Shown: positions 1 through 10,505, counted from the stretch's first letter. The stretch is 64,000 bases of DNA from a bacterium (GCA_963669175.1 OY769902.1:5383366-5447365); one strand, 5' to 3'. Numbers and translations: made by a program. The notes: generated by a model not told the origin, from the letters alone.

Positions 1-676
1 CGATGCGGAAGAACTCTTTGTAGTTCGGTTCATCCACCGGCCCACGGCATCCCCAACAGCCCAGTCCTGCCGCAGCACAAGGCGCTCCGCAGCCGCCGCG
101 AGTGATCGGCCCCAGGCACAGGATGCCCTTGTCGTATGCGCAGGTCGTATAGTTCTGTTTACACTCAAAGCAGACCGGCCATGCCGGAAATGAAAACGGC
201 ACATCCCAGATCAGGTGTTGCATCACCCGTTCCAGTTCAGCCTTGTTCACCGGGCAACCCGGCACTTTGAAATCGACTGGCACCACCTCGTGAATCGCAC
301 GTGTCGGTAGCGTTTCACGATAGGCCGCGCCATAGACTTCCTTGTTTAAATCATAGATATCATAATCGTTCTTCATGCGCGAGACACCGCCAAAGCAGGC
401 ACAACTGCCCATTGCTACAACCACTTTGGCTTTTTTACGGATATCCATCAGACGGGTGAATTCATCACTCCGTGTGATGCAACCGTCAATCAGAGCGATG
501 TCATACTCGTCACTCTGCACTGAAGAGACTTCACGGAAGGTGACAATTTCGACAGCCTGCAGGAAATCGACCAGCGTCTCTTCCTTGTTGGCAAGTTGCA
601 GCTCGCAGCCTTCACATCCGGTAAAATCGAAGACGCCGACCCGCAGTTTTTTCGGTTCAATCCCGAGATACTTCAT
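1..676 (-). CDS. hydD: NiFe hydrogenase group 3b small (delta) subunit, truncated by the left window edge
   Basis: Not in the ORF track; read manually from ATG at 676 with a GGAGG RBS: MKYLGIEPKKLRVGVFDFTGCEGCELQLAN...DGCI...MGSCACFGG...PGCP...VCFEC...CLGPITRGGCGAPC...CWGCRGP. These are small-subunit Fe-S motifs, and the gene lies downstream of the beta and gamma subunit genes. Confidence 0.9.
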   Translation of the reverse strand, partial: MKYLGIEPKKLRVGVFDFTGCEGCELQLANKEETLVDFLQAVEIVTFREVSSVQSDEYDIALIDGCITRSDEFTRLMDIRKKAKVVVAMGSCACFGGVSRMKNDYDIYDLNKEVYGAAYRETLPTRAIHEVVPVDFKVPGCPVNKAELERVMQHLIWDVPFSFPAWPVCFECKQNYTTCAYDKGILCLGPITRGGCGAPCAAAGLGCWGCRGPVDEPNYKEFFRI

Positions 677-685
677 GGCGTCCTC

Positions 686-1594
686 CTAGATCGCTTCTTT
701 CAGGTTCATCACGGTCCAGTAGTCAAATACCGGTCCTTCCATGCAGGTATAGGTCGAGCCGATATTGCAACGGCAGCATTTCCCCATGCCACAATGCATA
801 CGACGTTCCAGCGATACAAACATGCGGTGCATGGGAATGCCCATCCTGGTCAGACGGTCGCAGACAAACTTGAACATCACTGGTGGTCCGCATACAATGG
901 CGTTGGTCATCAAAGGATCAATGTTGATATCTTCCAGCAAGTCGGTAATCAACCCGATCTGTCCGGTCCAGGATTCATCCCCCTGTTCCGCGATCACCCG
1001 CAGGCTGATATCCGCGATGCGTTCCCATTCTTCATACTGGTAGTTGAACAGGAGCAGGTTGGCTTCTTTAGCGCCGTAAAGGATATAGACATCGTTGTAG
1101 TGGGAACGGTTTTCGATCACGTGGAAAATTGGAGCACGCAACGGCGCCAGTCCCAATCCGCCGGCGATCAACAGGATGTTGTTGCCACGCATCTTATCCA
1201 TAGGGAAATGGGTGCCGAACGGGCCACGTATGCCGACTTTTGCGCCACGTTTTACCCGGTGCAGTACGCTGGTCACCAACCCCACCTTCCGGATACAAAG
1301 CTCAATGAAACCCTTGTGTGACAGCGAACTGGAGATAGAAATGGGAATCTCGCCATATCCCGGCACTTCCACCATAACAAACTGGCCGGGCAGGAAGGAG
1401 AAGCGTTCGCGTTCCACATCATCAATAATCCGGACCTGGAAGAGTTTTTCCATGTCAGTCAACCGGATCACGTTGATGATTTCCGCTTTGTAGACCTTGT
1501 CGAAGTGTTTCAGGCGGCTGCGACGGTTGTAGTCCAACGGTTGCAGCATTTCCGCTTCCTGGGTGATGTCGTAGGGATGCAGCATCTCTTTCAT
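686..1594 (-). CDS. hydG: Sulfhydrogenase gamma subunit (FAD/NAD(P)-binding oxidoreductase with a 2Fe-2S cluster)
   Basis: [31 protein letters not shown] and CGMGKCCRC...C motifs of the FNR/PyrK/AsrB family; operon context. Confidence 0.9.
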   Translation of the reverse strand: MKEMLHPYDITQEAEMLQPLDYNRRSRLKHFDKVYKAEIINVIRLTDMEKLFQVRIIDDVERERFSFLPGQFVMVEVPGYGEIPISISSSLSHKGFIELCIRKVGLVTSVLHRVKRGAKVGIRGPFGTHFPMDKMRGNNILLIAGGLGLAPLRAPIFHVIENRSHYNDVYILYGAKEANLLLFNYQYEEWERIADISLRVIAEQGDESWTGQIGLITDLLEDINIDPLMTNAIVCGPPVMFKFVCDRLTRMGIPMHRMFVSLERRMHCGMGKCCRCNIGSTYTCMEGPVFDYWTVMNLKEAI

Positions 1595-2631
1595 AATCCA
1601 CCCTCCTCCTGCAGATCACGGATAATGGCCTCAGGCTGAATGCCGGCCAGGCAGGTGCGTCCGCAACGATTACACCCGACACACATGGGCGATTCAAACG
1701 ATTCGGTAAAACCACGATGCTGGTGATAGAATCGGTACTTCAGGCGTGTTGCGGTGTCAGGCCGGAAGTTATGCCCTCCGGCAACTTGGGCAAAGTCCTT
1801 CAGGTTGCATGAGTATAGTTGTCGCTGCTTGGTGCAGGAACAGTGATCCATGCTCACATCCTCACTGACCCCGTAGCAATAACATGTCGGGCACACCTGG
1901 GCGCAACTCCCGCAACTGAGGCATTTTTCACCCCACTTGTCCCACACCCTGGACTCGAACTCGATATCGAGCAGGTTGGGCAGGTTCTGCACCGGAAGCT
2001 CATCAAATCCCTGGGCAATCTTCCGCCGTACTCCGATATAGGTCTGAGTATCGGCTTCCGTGATCTCATGGGTTTCCACACTTTTCAGGACGTTGAAACC
2101 ACGGTCGGAGTTGATCGTCACGAAATAGCGATCTCCCAGATCAGTGAGGAACAGATCGTATCCGTGTGTAACCACATCCGCGCCCATCGCCCGGCAGAAA
2201 CCACCCTCGCAGGGCTCGTGATCCACACCGATGATGAATGTGTTTTTTCTGCGGCTGATGTAGTACGGACTGGGGAAAAAGTCACGCGCCAGCACTTTGT
2301 CCAGCTTCAGCAGGGCGTTAATGTCACACGCGTGCAGACCAATGAGAAAACGTGGTTGCAGACGATACGAAATCTCCTGCTCCCAGTCGTCATCGGTAAA
2401 GCTGTAACTGGATAGTTTTTCTTTGTACGGCAGGAAATAGGTTTTGGCCGAGTACTCGGTAGTCTCGTACTCAAGATCGATCTCTTGAAAAGATGTAACC
2501 GGCAGGTACTGATGGATGGGTTTACCACGTATGGTCGTTCCGATCTGCTTGGGTGCAATCACTTCATTGGCCTCAAGCGCGATCTCGACCAGCTTGCGAA
2601 ACTCTTCTTTCGAAAGGGTTTTAAAGAGCAT
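1591..2631 (-). CDS. hydB: Sulfhydrogenase beta subunit (4Fe-4S dicluster, AsrA-like)
   Basis: [16 protein letters not shown] and [11 protein letters not shown] clusters, plus ACD and GGHNFR motifs; stop overlaps the hydG start. Confidence 0.9.
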   Translation of the reverse strand: MLFKTLSKEEFRKLVEIALEANEVIAPKQIGTTIRGKPIHQYLPVTSFQEIDLEYETTEYSAKTYFLPYKEKLSSYSFTDDDWEQEISYRLQPRFLIGLHACDINALLKLDKVLARDFFPSPYYISRRKNTFIIGVDHEPCEGGFCRAMGADVVTHGYDLFLTDLGDRYFVTINSDRGFNVLKSVETHEITEADTQTYIGVRRKIAQGFDELPVQNLPNLLDIEFESRVWDKWGEKCLSCGSCAQVCPTCYCYGVSEDVSMDHCSCTKQRQLYSCNLKDFAQVAGGHNFRPDTATRLKYRFYHQHRGFTESFESPMCVGCNRCGRTCLAGIQPEAIIRDLQEEGGL

Positions 2632-2736
2632 AGCCGCCTCCTTTCGGGGACAGGTTGTTCCTGGTCCTGTTTATTTGTTGTTAGATACCACGCAGCCTGG
2701 CAAGCGATAGTGGTCCATATGTATCGGCCCACTAGA

Positions 2737-2754
2737 ATGTTCAATATTTCACAA
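2737..2754. promoter_or_regulatory. Possible Rex-type operator (weaker site) upstream of the hydrogenase operon
   Basis: ATGTTCA-ATAT-TTCACAA against the Rex consensus TTGTGAA-N4-TTCACAA; right half perfect. Confidence 0.45.
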
Positions 2755-2844
2755 AGTTGGTATGTATTGTAGCAATATAACCAACTCTGCAACAGGTAAA
2801 AGTTATTTATTTAAAAAGATAAAATCCAGTGTGACTCCCCGATA

Positions 2845-2862
2845 TTGAGAAATATTTCACGA
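2845..2862. promoter_or_regulatory. Rex-type operator upstream of the hydrogenase operon
   Basis: TTGAGAA-ATAT-TTCACGA, 2 mismatches to TTGTGAA-N4-TTCACAA, with an AT-rich spacer. Confidence 0.6.
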
Positions 2863-3213
2863 ATAGGGTCACCTGTAATTTGCCAGAAAGAGACAAGGGA
2901 GCGCGCCTTGTCCTGAACGATGATGCGCAGCTCAGAAAACATCATAGCAGGTGCAATGGTCCACTAGAATTTGTATTAGTGTGTAACTTTATGTCTTATA
3001 GCTACTTGCCTGGATCCCCATCCCCGACCACTGCTTTCGGGGACAGGCTCTTCGTAGGGATGAATCGCTAGTAAAAATTGAGTAAAATCGTAGCAGAAGG
3101 ATCACCGGTACAAACTGTCTCTTGATAAAATACGCGAAAATCGATTCTTATACATTGATATTATTGGCAATAGAACGATTCACTGTATCATACTCGTGAA
3201 ATATCCGGGTTAG

Positions 3214-3386
3214 TTCTCATCGCCGTCAGGTCACACCGTGATGCCTGATGCTATGTATCATGTGAGATGACAAACGTGAAGTCGGACAGGTGTTTTAAAT
3301 TATGGATAGAAACAAAAAAACGGCATCACGTCAAGACCTGACGGAACACACTCGTCGATAGTATGCACAAATTCTTATAAGCAGCC
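3214..3386 (+). mobile_element. MITE-like element, 5'-truncated copy
   Basis: Matches the right half of the copies at 18752 and 61971 and ends in the terminal repeat ATGCACAAATTCTTATAAGCAGCC. Confidence 0.75.
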
Positions 3387-3387
3387 G

Positions 3388-3420
3388 AAAAAAACGGGAA
3401 CTGCTGAAAGCAATCCCCGA
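3388..3420 (-). terminator. Probable intrinsic terminator of the substrate-binding protein gene
   Basis: Imperfect CGGG..TGCT/AGCA..CCCG hairpin followed by a T-run on the minus strand. Confidence 0.45.
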
Positions 3421-3442
3421 TAGTGATCTGAAAAGGTGTTTC

Positions 3443-4693
3443 TTACTCTTCCGTTATCGTCCCATCATTGTAGGTGCAGGTATGCTGCCATACGTATTCT
3501 CCACCCTCTTCGACCAGGGTCCAGAAGAAGTAGGCACCGGAATCGCGATCGCCATTTGCGTCAAGGGTCATCGCACCGGTCAGACCGTTCATGGAAGCCG
3601 CTTCTGTTTCCAGCGCTGTCCTGAGCGTAGAAATGGAGGCATCCTCCCCGGCATTAAACTTGGCATGGACAGCCATGCACATGGCATCATAGGAAAGCAT
3701 GGCATAGGCATCCGGTTCAACTCCGACTGCTTCGATAAAACGATCGGTAAAGGCTGCTGTTTCAGTGGTTTCCGTTACACCGTACAAGGGCGCCATGAAT
3801 CCCAGCTCGATCGCGCAGGAGCAGGCTTCGGCCCATTCCAGCACGTTACTGTTCAACGCCAGGCCATCACTGCCATACCACTGAACCTGGCTCAGGAAAT
3901 CGTCTTCCACAGCAATCGGGAAGAATGCAGCGCCATCTTCAAAGCAGGTCAACTGGATTGCGCATTGTTCCGGGGTGGCATTTACACCGGAAAAGGCTGC
4001 CTTGGCTGAATCAACCGCTTCAGCAATCGAGGTTGAACGGTAGGGCATATAGTAAATCCGGCCGAGGTAGTCACCGCCCTTGGCTTCAAATGCCGCTCCA
4101 ACCAACTGGGACAGGGAATCACCCCAGGAATCGGGGGCGTAGATGTTGTACAGGACACGTACGCCATTTTCCCACATCACATCCGCCAGGGCATCCGCCA
4201 TCATGTTGTCACCGGTCACCAGGCGATAGATGTTATCATCCGGCAGGGCCATGGTCGGGCTGGTGGAAGAGGGGCTGAGTACGAGGGCATCCGAAATGCA
4301 ATCCTCGCCAGCCACTGCTTCTACTTCCGTACTGGTCATGGGACCAAGAAAGATATCAACATCGAAGTTGTTGACAAAGGTACGGAACAGCGCGGAGGCG
4401 CCATCGGCCGTGGTTTCCGTATCCCCGGAATACAACACAACTTCATAATTCTCACCATCATCTTCAAACGCCTGGTTCAGATCTTCCACGGCGAGCTCAA
4501 CCGCGGTATTCATCATGACACCGCCGGAAGGGTACGCGCCGGATTCCGGGCTCAACACTCCGATTGCGATCTCGGTTTTCTCCGTCGGTGTGACCACATC
4601 GTCATCATCGTCGTCATCTGAACAGGCGACAAACAATACACTGAAAGCCAGACTGCAACACAACAACACAAGTACCAATCGGTGCAACTTCAT
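3443..4693 (-). CDS. ABC-type (LivK/PBP1-like) periplasmic substrate-binding lipoprotein
   Basis: Lipobox FVAC followed by an Asp-rich linker; IGVLSPESG, GPMTS, SPSSTSP, YDA and GLTG...DANGDR motifs. Start set at MKLHRL, which has an RBS. Confidence 0.85.
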   Translation of the reverse strand: MKLHRLVLVLLCCSLAFSVLFVACSDDDDDDDVVTPTEKTEIAIGVLSPESGAYPSGGVMMNTAVELAVEDLNQAFEDDGENYEVVLYSGDTETTADGASALFRTFVNNFDVDIFLGPMTSTEVEAVAGEDCISDALVLSPSSTSPTMALPDDNIYRLVTGDNMMADALADVMWENGVRVLYNIYAPDSWGDSLSQLVGAAFEAKGGDYLGRIYYMPYRSTSIAEAVDSAKAAFSGVNATPEQCAIQLTCFEDGAAFFPIAVEDDFLSQVQWYGSDGLALNSNVLEWAEACSCAIELGFMAPLYGVTETTETAAFTDRFIEAVGVEPDAYAMLSYDAMCMAVHAKFNAGEDASISTLRTALETEAASMNGLTGAMTLDANGDRDSGAYFFWTLVEEGGEYVWQHTCTYNDGTITEE

Positions 4694-4741
4694 CTTCTCC
4701 CCCTGTATGTAGTGATCTGTTTCAGGTTTCACTGATCCAGG

Positions 4742-5323
4742 TTATCTATTCTGCGAAACCGGCCCACGCTCTTTCACCTCTGCCTGTTTTGGCTGCCAGT
4801 TTGCCGCGACAGCGGGATCGGCATCATGGTCGTATATATAGCCATAGATCAATTCAGCGTCAATTACATTTCCATAGCCATTGTCAAACATCCAGACGGC
4901 GTCAAGATCAGTTTCATTGGTGAATGTCATGCTGTAGCTAATGGATTCATATCGGCCGTATTGATAATCAGTCAGGACAACCATCTGCTCGTTTTCCCTG
5001 TCATAGACAGCAAACAATTCACCTGTTCGTTCCTCTCCATATACTTCAGCATACAATCTGCCAGAGTACAGAATTCGGGCGTTTAAGTTGCTGTCAACAT
5101 TCAACTGGATCAGCCAGCCATCGCCATCTTCAATGACGGCGTCGTAATCCTCATTGTTGGGATCATCCAGCTCGCCATATGGCATATTGCTGGAAGCGCC
5201 GACAAGGTTAGCCATGTAATCCGATTCAGCCTCTGCTTCCTGGTCATCGTTGCCGTTGTCGCTGCAACCGAGCAGCAAAGCCACCCCCAAGCTCAGTGTA
5301 ACAAATACCAGGGATCGTTTCAT
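4742..5323 (-). CDS. Uncharacterised lipoprotein, paralog 3 of a tandem family
   Basis: Lipobox LLGC; shares ANLVGASSNMP..ELDDP, GWLIQLN and WQPKQA...RGP with its neighbours. Confidence 0.8.
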   Translation of the reverse strand: MKRSLVFVTLSLGVALLLGCSDNGNDDQEAEAESDYMANLVGASSNMPYGELDDPNNEDYDAVIEDGDGWLIQLNVDSNLNARILYSGRLYAEVYGEERTGELFAVYDRENEQMVVLTDYQYGRYESISYSMTFTNETDLDAVWMFDNGYGNVIDAELIYGYIYDHDADPAVAANWQPKQAEVKERGPVSQNR

Positions 5324-5350
5324 GATGTACTCCTCTATGAAAATGTTCGT

Positions 5351-5923
5351 TTACTTGTTTTCAACCAACGGCCCACGATCTTTGCTTTTCGCCTGTTTTG
5401 GCTGCCAGTTTGCCGCAACTTCCGGATCGGCATGATGGTCACCCAAACTGCCTTGAATTAACGTACCGGTGATATTGATTCCATTATAGGTATCAACTTG
5501 AAAATGACCGGTGAGAGTGGTGTCCCCGGTGAAAACAAACGCATAACTTATGGGATTATGGTTGACAGTCTGAAAAACAGAGAGAAGTCCCTCTCTACGG
5601 CTAAAACAACCGATAATATCAATCGTTTGTTCACCCCAACAGTCGTTTATATAAATTCTTCCTTCATAAACCATAACCTCATAACGGTCACAAGTTACAT
5701 TCAATTGAATAAGCCAGCCATCTGGATCTTCAATTACAACAGCATAGTTCTCATTATTTGGATCATCCAGCTCATCGGTAGGCATATTGCTGGAAGCGCC
5801 GACAAGATTAGCCATGTAATCTGATTCGGCCTCTGTTTCCCGGTCATCGTTGCCATTGTCACTGCAACCTGTCAGCAGCGCCAGCCCTAAGATCATTAGG
5901 ATGAGTATCAGGATTCGTTTCAT
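5351..5923 (-). CDS. Uncharacterised lipoprotein, paralog 2 of a tandem family
   Basis: Start MKRILIL with a GAGGAG RBS; lipobox LTGC; same conserved blocks. Confidence 0.8.
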   Translation of the reverse strand: MKRILILILMILGLALLTGCSDNGNDDRETEAESDYMANLVGASSNMPTDELDDPNNENYAVVIEDPDGWLIQLNVTCDRYEVMVYEGRIYINDCWGEQTIDIIGCFSRREGLLSVFQTVNHNPISYAFVFTGDTTLTGHFQVDTYNGINITGTLIQGSLGDHHADPEVAANWQPKQAKSKDRGPLVENK

Positions 5924-5946
5924 GAAAAACTCCTCTGTATGAGGGT

Positions 5947-6531
5947 TCAACTGCTGGTTTCCTGAATCGGCCCGCGATCCTTTATCTTGACAGGTTGCCG
6001 CACAGGTCCGTCTAAATACATCACTGCCTCGTGATTTCCTATGCTTCCATAAAACACATTCATTGCAACCGTTTCCCCGTGACCATTATCCGTATACATC
6101 CAAACGGCTTCAATATCATCATTGTTAAAGTTGATCGAATAGGATACTGCGGTATGACTGAAGATGTTGATTTCTCCATAGAATGTCAGCATATCCAACA
6201 GAGTCGAATACACTGCATAAGCGCTGCCTGCATCACCACAATGGGCATCATCGATATAAATACGGCCGGTGTAATATTGAACACTTATGCCATCAATTGT
6301 CTGATTCAGCTCCAACAACCAACCGTCTTCATCCTGAAGAACCACATCATAATCTTCGACGTGTGGATCATCAAGTTCACCAAAGGGCAAGTTTTCGGAG
6401 GCTCCCACAAGGTTTGCCAGAAAACCATCTGTTTCTTCACTATAAGTGGCATCATCGCGGCTGTTCGTGCTGCATCCAGCAAACAGGAAAACGCAGATAA
6501 CGGCAAAAAAGGCAATGGTTTCTTTCAGCAT
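5947..6531 (-). CDS. Uncharacterised lipoprotein, paralog 1 of a tandem family
   Basis: Start MLKETIAF; lipobox FAGC; ANLVGASENLPFGELDDP and C-terminal KDRGP. Confidence 0.8.
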   Translation of the reverse strand: MLKETIAFFAVICVFLFAGCSTNSRDDATYSEETDGFLANLVGASENLPFGELDDPHVEDYDVVLQDEDGWLLELNQTIDGISVQYYTGRIYIDDAHCGDAGSAYAVYSTLLDMLTFYGEINIFSHTAVSYSINFNNDDIEAVWMYTDNGHGETVAMNVFYGSIGNHEAVMYLDGPVRQPVKIKDRGPIQETSS

Positions 6532-6695
6532 AGTTCCCCCAAGTATTACTCTTCTCTTCTTCAGTTGCCACTCAAGTAACCTCTTTTCCTGCATTCATTT
6601 GCCATATCCAGCACATATCCAACAGGCAAATGGTGAGTACTGGATTGAATTGGACGAGAGAAATGTATAGTTACTCTCGATTTTATTCCGTCATA

Positions 6696-6793
6696 ATGGA
6701 GATTGCCGGGAAAAGGGGACGGGATCCTTTTCCTCTCGCTCTTACGGAATACTCTTGAAGCATTCATGGAAAAGGGAACTGTCCCCTTTTTCC
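6696..6793. repeat. REP-like palindromic intergenic repeat, copy 1
   Basis: ATGGAGATTGCCGGGAAAAGGGGACGGGATCCTTTTCCTC...GGAAAAGGGAACTGTCCCCTTTTTCC; close second copy near 50566. Confidence 0.7.
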
Positions 6794-7362
6794 ATATCCT
6801 CCCCCCTGTCACAAAAAATCGTACGTTGGATACGATCATGACGGTTTATTCTCAAGAGTAGCCATATAACCTCACTGGCGCAACATCAAGTTGTATCATA
6901 ATCAGGTTTTCCTATAAATAGAAAGGTATTCTATTCTTGCCGTGATAAACGTGACATGCGTCATTTAATGAACATCCCATCTAAAAGTAAGCCTGCAATA
7001 AATTCTTCCGGTCATCACCTCATACCTCTGACAAGGTGTCTTGTGGACTTGAATGGCGAGAACTGGTATTTCAAAATTATACCACTGGTTTTGCAAACAG
7101 CGTGTTAGGTTAAACTCCACTCATGCTAAGCGACTTGAAGTCCTGCTTCCAGGTTAGGAGAGCTTTACGTTTCACAAATGTCTTTTTTGTAACACTTCCC
7201 CTGAAATATGTTATTAGTGGTGGGTTTCCCTTGCTTTTTTGATAACCATATCGTTGCTTTAAGGATGTGGTTTTCCGTGTAACTGGAAACCCGGAACGGG
7301 ATTAAAGGCACTATCGTCGTTCGGATCAGGTTTTACTTTCGGAAAACAAGTGCAGAACTACT

Positions 7363-7380
7363 TTGTGATTCCTTTCGCAA
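7363..7380. promoter_or_regulatory. Rex-type operator upstream of the porin-cytochrome operon
   Basis: TTGTGAT-TCCT-TTCGCAA, 2 mismatches to the Rex consensus, 28 bp before the ATG at 7409. Confidence 0.55.
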
Positions 7381-7408
7381 ACTGTTTGGCAGGCACCAGG
7401 GAGGGACC

Positions 7409-8659
7409 ATGTCAGTAACCTCAACCCGTCGGCTTTTCGCAGTCGTACTGGTGACGTTATTGCTTCTTTCGCTTTCTGTCCCGGTATGGGCGGACGGGTG
7501 GCGGATTAAAGGCAGTGTCGGCGCTAAAGCCTACGGCTACACGGACGCCGATGAGACTGAACACCTATGGCTGATGAACACGACAACCCTGACTGTTCAG
7601 AAAAAGGGATTCCCGCTGCAACTTCACATGGCGGGCAACTACCTTGGCGACAACGGGGATGACTTCAGCGAAAGCTCGAAGGGACGATTGCTGAAGGGGT
7701 ACCTGCAATACGGTTGCCCGTATGACATGACTTACGCTCGTGCGGGTCGTTTCTTCCTGTGGCGTGGTGTCGGCTTCGGCGTTGTAGACGGTCTTGAAGT
7801 CAGCCAGGTCATCGGCAAGAATGTCCGTGCTACGGTATACGGCGGCCTGATGGGCCCGATGAACCGTCAGTTCGAACTGGAAGACAGCGAAGACGCCCAG
7901 GCGTTCGGCGGGGAAGTGAAAATCCGCCCATCCAAATGCTTCATCGCGGACGAAGGGCTGGCCGCGTTGTCCTATACGCACCAGACTCGTGGCGACGAGG
8001 TCATCCGCAACCGTGTCGGTTTGCAGACTATTCACAAATGGGGCCACAAGCTGACCTGGATGAACATCCTGCACATGCGCCTCGAAGGCGATGCCCTGCG
8101 CAAGTACCAGTCACGTTTGAAATACCATTCCGACACCTGGTTCGGCCATGTCGAGGCTGGTGTCGCCAACCCGGATGTGGCAGACTATTCCCTGTACGCC
8201 GATTTCCTGCACTCCTATGGCCGCGCACGTTTTTCGCTCAACCGCTGGTTCGTAGAGAACAAGTGGGGCGCGGGTATTGACGGTGGCGCGTTATTGGTAA
8301 GCAATGGCAACGGCTTCCGTGTCGGCCCGGTTGTCACCACTCCTTACGGTGAAGTCGGCTACCGTGCAGATTTCGGTGATCGATCCAACTCCAGCGGTCC
8401 CTGGGTCAGCCTGCGCTATTCGGTCATGCGTGACCTGCACCTGTACGCCAACGGTTCCATGGTCACCTACGAATGGGAAGAGATGGACATGGAATCGGAA
8501 GACCTGGTCATGGCCAATGCCGGTGCACGATATGTAGTAGGCCAGACCGGCCTGATCGCGTTCGGTGAATTCCAGGTCTATAAAACCCCGCAATTCACCC
8601 AGGACAGGCGAGGGTTGCTGGGCTTCAACTGGCGTTTTGACACCCGGAGGGCAAAGTGA
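7409..8659 (+). CDS. Outer-membrane beta-barrel protein, putative porin of a porin-cytochrome complex
   Basis: Signal peptide; alternating aromatic/Gly beta-strand pattern; C-terminal GFNWRF; stop overlaps the start of the multiheme cytochrome gene. Confidence 0.75.
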   Translation: MSVTSTRRLFAVVLVTLLLLSLSVPVWADGWRIKGSVGAKAYGYTDADETEHLWLMNTTTLTVQKKGFPLQLHMAGNYLGDNGDDFSESSKGRLLKGYLQYGCPYDMTYARAGRFFLWRGVGFGVVDGLEVSQVIGKNVRATVYGGLMGPMNRQFELEDSEDAQAFGGEVKIRPSKCFIADEGLAALSYTHQTRGDEVIRNRVGLQTIHKWGHKLTWMNILHMRLEGDALRKYQSRLKYHSDTWFGHVEAGVANPDVADYSLYADFLHSYGRARFSLNRWFVENKWGAGIDGGALLVSNGNGFRVGPVVTTPYGEVGYRADFGDRSNSSGPWVSLRYSVMRDLHLYANGSMVTYEWEEMDMESEDLVMANAGARYVVGQTGLIAFGEFQVYKTPQFTQDRRGLLGFNWRFDTRRAK

Positions 8660-9498
8660 TGAAGCGTACGAGATCGCGTTACCTGATCGCTTTGAGCGTA
8701 CTGGCCCTCGCGTTGGCGCTTGTCCTTGGCGCCAGTTCCGGCGAAAAAGCGTTTAACTTCAGTCATGGCCTGCATGTGGCGGAAGCAGAGATGGCGTGTG
8801 AAGATTGTCACGACCTTACCGCTGAATCCGCAATGCCCAACCATGAGAATTGCGGCATGTGCCACGATGTGGAAGATATGGATGGTTGCGGCATGTGCCA
8901 TGTGGATGTGGACAACCTCGAAGCGATCAAGTTCGTTTCCTGGTATCCCACGTTCGCGCACGACCGTCATGCGGAGTACAGTTGCGATCAGTGCCACGGC
9001 GCCCTGACCGACATGGAACAGGAAGTCACCCGTCCCCTGATCTGCGACTGCCAGACCTGTCACGAAGGTGTACAGCCTCTCCCGGCGGATCACCGTATGG
9101 GCGACTGGGTTGCCGACCACAGCATGGAAGCCTCGATTTCCAATAGCGCATGCGTGATCTGCCATTCCCAGGAAAGTTGCGATGACTGCCACCAGGGAAC
9201 GGCCGTGTACGGCAGCGGCATGAGCCCTCACGGACCGTCCTGGTTGCTCGATCATGGGTTTGAAGCCTCTTTCGGCGGCAACTGCCTGACCTGCCACGAG
9301 GACAACAGCTACTGTGTGGATTGCCACCGTAATTCAGTCCGCACACCGCACGAGCTGGGACCGACCTATGCCAACGGAACCAACGGCGGGTTGCATGTCG
9401 ATGAAGCCAGGGCATTTCCGGAAACCTGTATCATTTGCCATGATACCGGGCTGGAAGAGCCAGTATGTGCAACTTGTCATACTGCCATCGGAGGGTGA
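8656..9498 (+). CDS. Periplasmic multiheme cytochrome c (11 CxxCH)
   Basis: CEDCH, CGMCH x2, CDQCH, CQTCH, CVICH, CDDCH, CLTCH, CVDCH, CIICH, CATCH; signal peptide; FSH/FAH axial-His motifs. Confidence 0.92.
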   Translation: MMKRTRSRYLIALSVLALALALVLGASSGEKAFNFSHGLHVAEAEMACEDCHDLTAESAMPNHENCGMCHDVEDMDGCGMCHVDVDNLEAIKFVSWYPTFAHDRHAEYSCDQCHGALTDMEQEVTRPLICDCQTCHEGVQPLPADHRMGDWVADHSMEASISNSACVICHSQESCDDCHQGTAVYGSGMSPHGPSWLLDHGFEASFGGNCLTCHEDNSYCVDCHRNSVRTPHELGPTYANGTNGGLHVDEARAFPETCIICHDTGLEEPVCATCHTAIGG

Positions 9499-9500
9499 AC

Positions 9501-10505
9501 ATGAAAACGAAAAGATTGCTGATTCCACTGTTCGTCCTGGTCCTGATGGCAAGCGTTATTCTGCTTTCCGGCTGTGAAGCGGAAGTGGATGAGGACTGGA
9601 CCGGCTTTGCGCCAAGCGCGTTGCATCCATTTGAAAACCCGCCAACCGCCAACCACGGCGAATACATGGTACAGGCGGATTATCCGTTTGATGAATGCAC
9701 GGAATGCCACGGAACCGCGTGGGATGGTGTGGATCTGGAAGATGGCAACGGCAAGATTCGTAGCTGTTACACCTGTCATTCGTCCACCCCGCATATGGGC
9801 GCCGGACTGACCAACTACGCCCAACATGCCAGTTTCCTGCTGGAAAACAACTATCCGTTCGATGATTGCCTGGTCTGTCATACCCATTACGCGATGGACA
9901 GCCAGCAGACTTTCGCCCAGAGTTGTGCGTCAGCCGGATGCCATGATTACGGCCAGCCGGACCTTTACGACTGTAACAATTGTCACGGCGACCGTACCCT
10001 GAACCCGAACGATATCACGTTGAACGATACAGCGCCACCGACTGACCTTTCCGGGAATACGGTTAAGACGGAGATGGGCGTGGGCGCGCATCAGGCTCAC
10101 CTGGCAACCGGGGACCAATTCGCTGACGTTCCCTGCGCGGCATGCCATATTGTGCCCCTGATCTGGAACGCGGGCGGACACCTGGATGGCGACAATATCG
10201 CGGATGTAACCTTCCGTGAATATGCCGACGAGGAGTGGTATTACAACGCCGGTGAAACACCGACATGGGATCGCAACGCTGGTACTTGTTCCGCCACGTA
10301 TTGCCACGGCAACCAGGTCCCGGTCTGGAACGATCCAACTTCAGGCGGCGGCTGCGGTACCTGTCATGATCTGCCACCGGCCAACCATGCGGATGATTAC
10401 GCGATTAACGAGTGCTACATGTGCCACGGTTCCGTGATCAACGAGAACGGCCAGATTTACGCAGGCGAGTTGCACGTGAACGGAACCGTCAACTATAACG
10501 AGTAA
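9501..10505 (+). CDS. Multiheme cytochrome c lipoprotein (7 CxxCH + 2 CxxxxCH)
   Basis: Lipobox LLSGC; atypical motifs CASAGCH and CSATYCH; GAHQAH, CGTCHDLPP and HVNG typical of CxxxxCH/CxxCH-domain cytochromes. Confidence 0.9.
   Translation: MKTKRLLIPLFVLVLMASVILLSGCEAEVDEDWTGFAPSALHPFENPPTANHGEYMVQADYPFDECTECHGTAWDGVDLEDGNGKIRSCYTCHSSTPHMGAGLTNYAQHASFLLENNYPFDDCLVCHTHYAMDSQQTFAQSCASAGCHDYGQPDLYDCNNCHGDRTLNPNDITLNDTAPPTDLSGNTVKTEMGVGAHQAHLATGDQFADVPCAACHIVPLIWNAGGHLDGDNIADVTFREYADEEWYYNAGETPTWDRNAGTCSATYCHGNQVPVWNDPTSGGGCGTCHDLPPANHADDYAINECYMCHGSVINENGQIYAGELHVNGTVNYNE

Noticed and set aside
686-2631. Anaerobic sulfite reductase asrAB
   Set aside because: The genes are homologous, but the next gene is a NiFe hydrogenase small subunit, not asrC, so a group 3b hydrogenase fits better.
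3194-3213. CGTGAAATATCCGGGTTAG resembling an IS terminal repeat, with a partial inverted match at about 2852-2862
   Set aside because: The match is only about 11 bp, overlaps the better-explained Rex-like site, and no transposase remnant was recognised.
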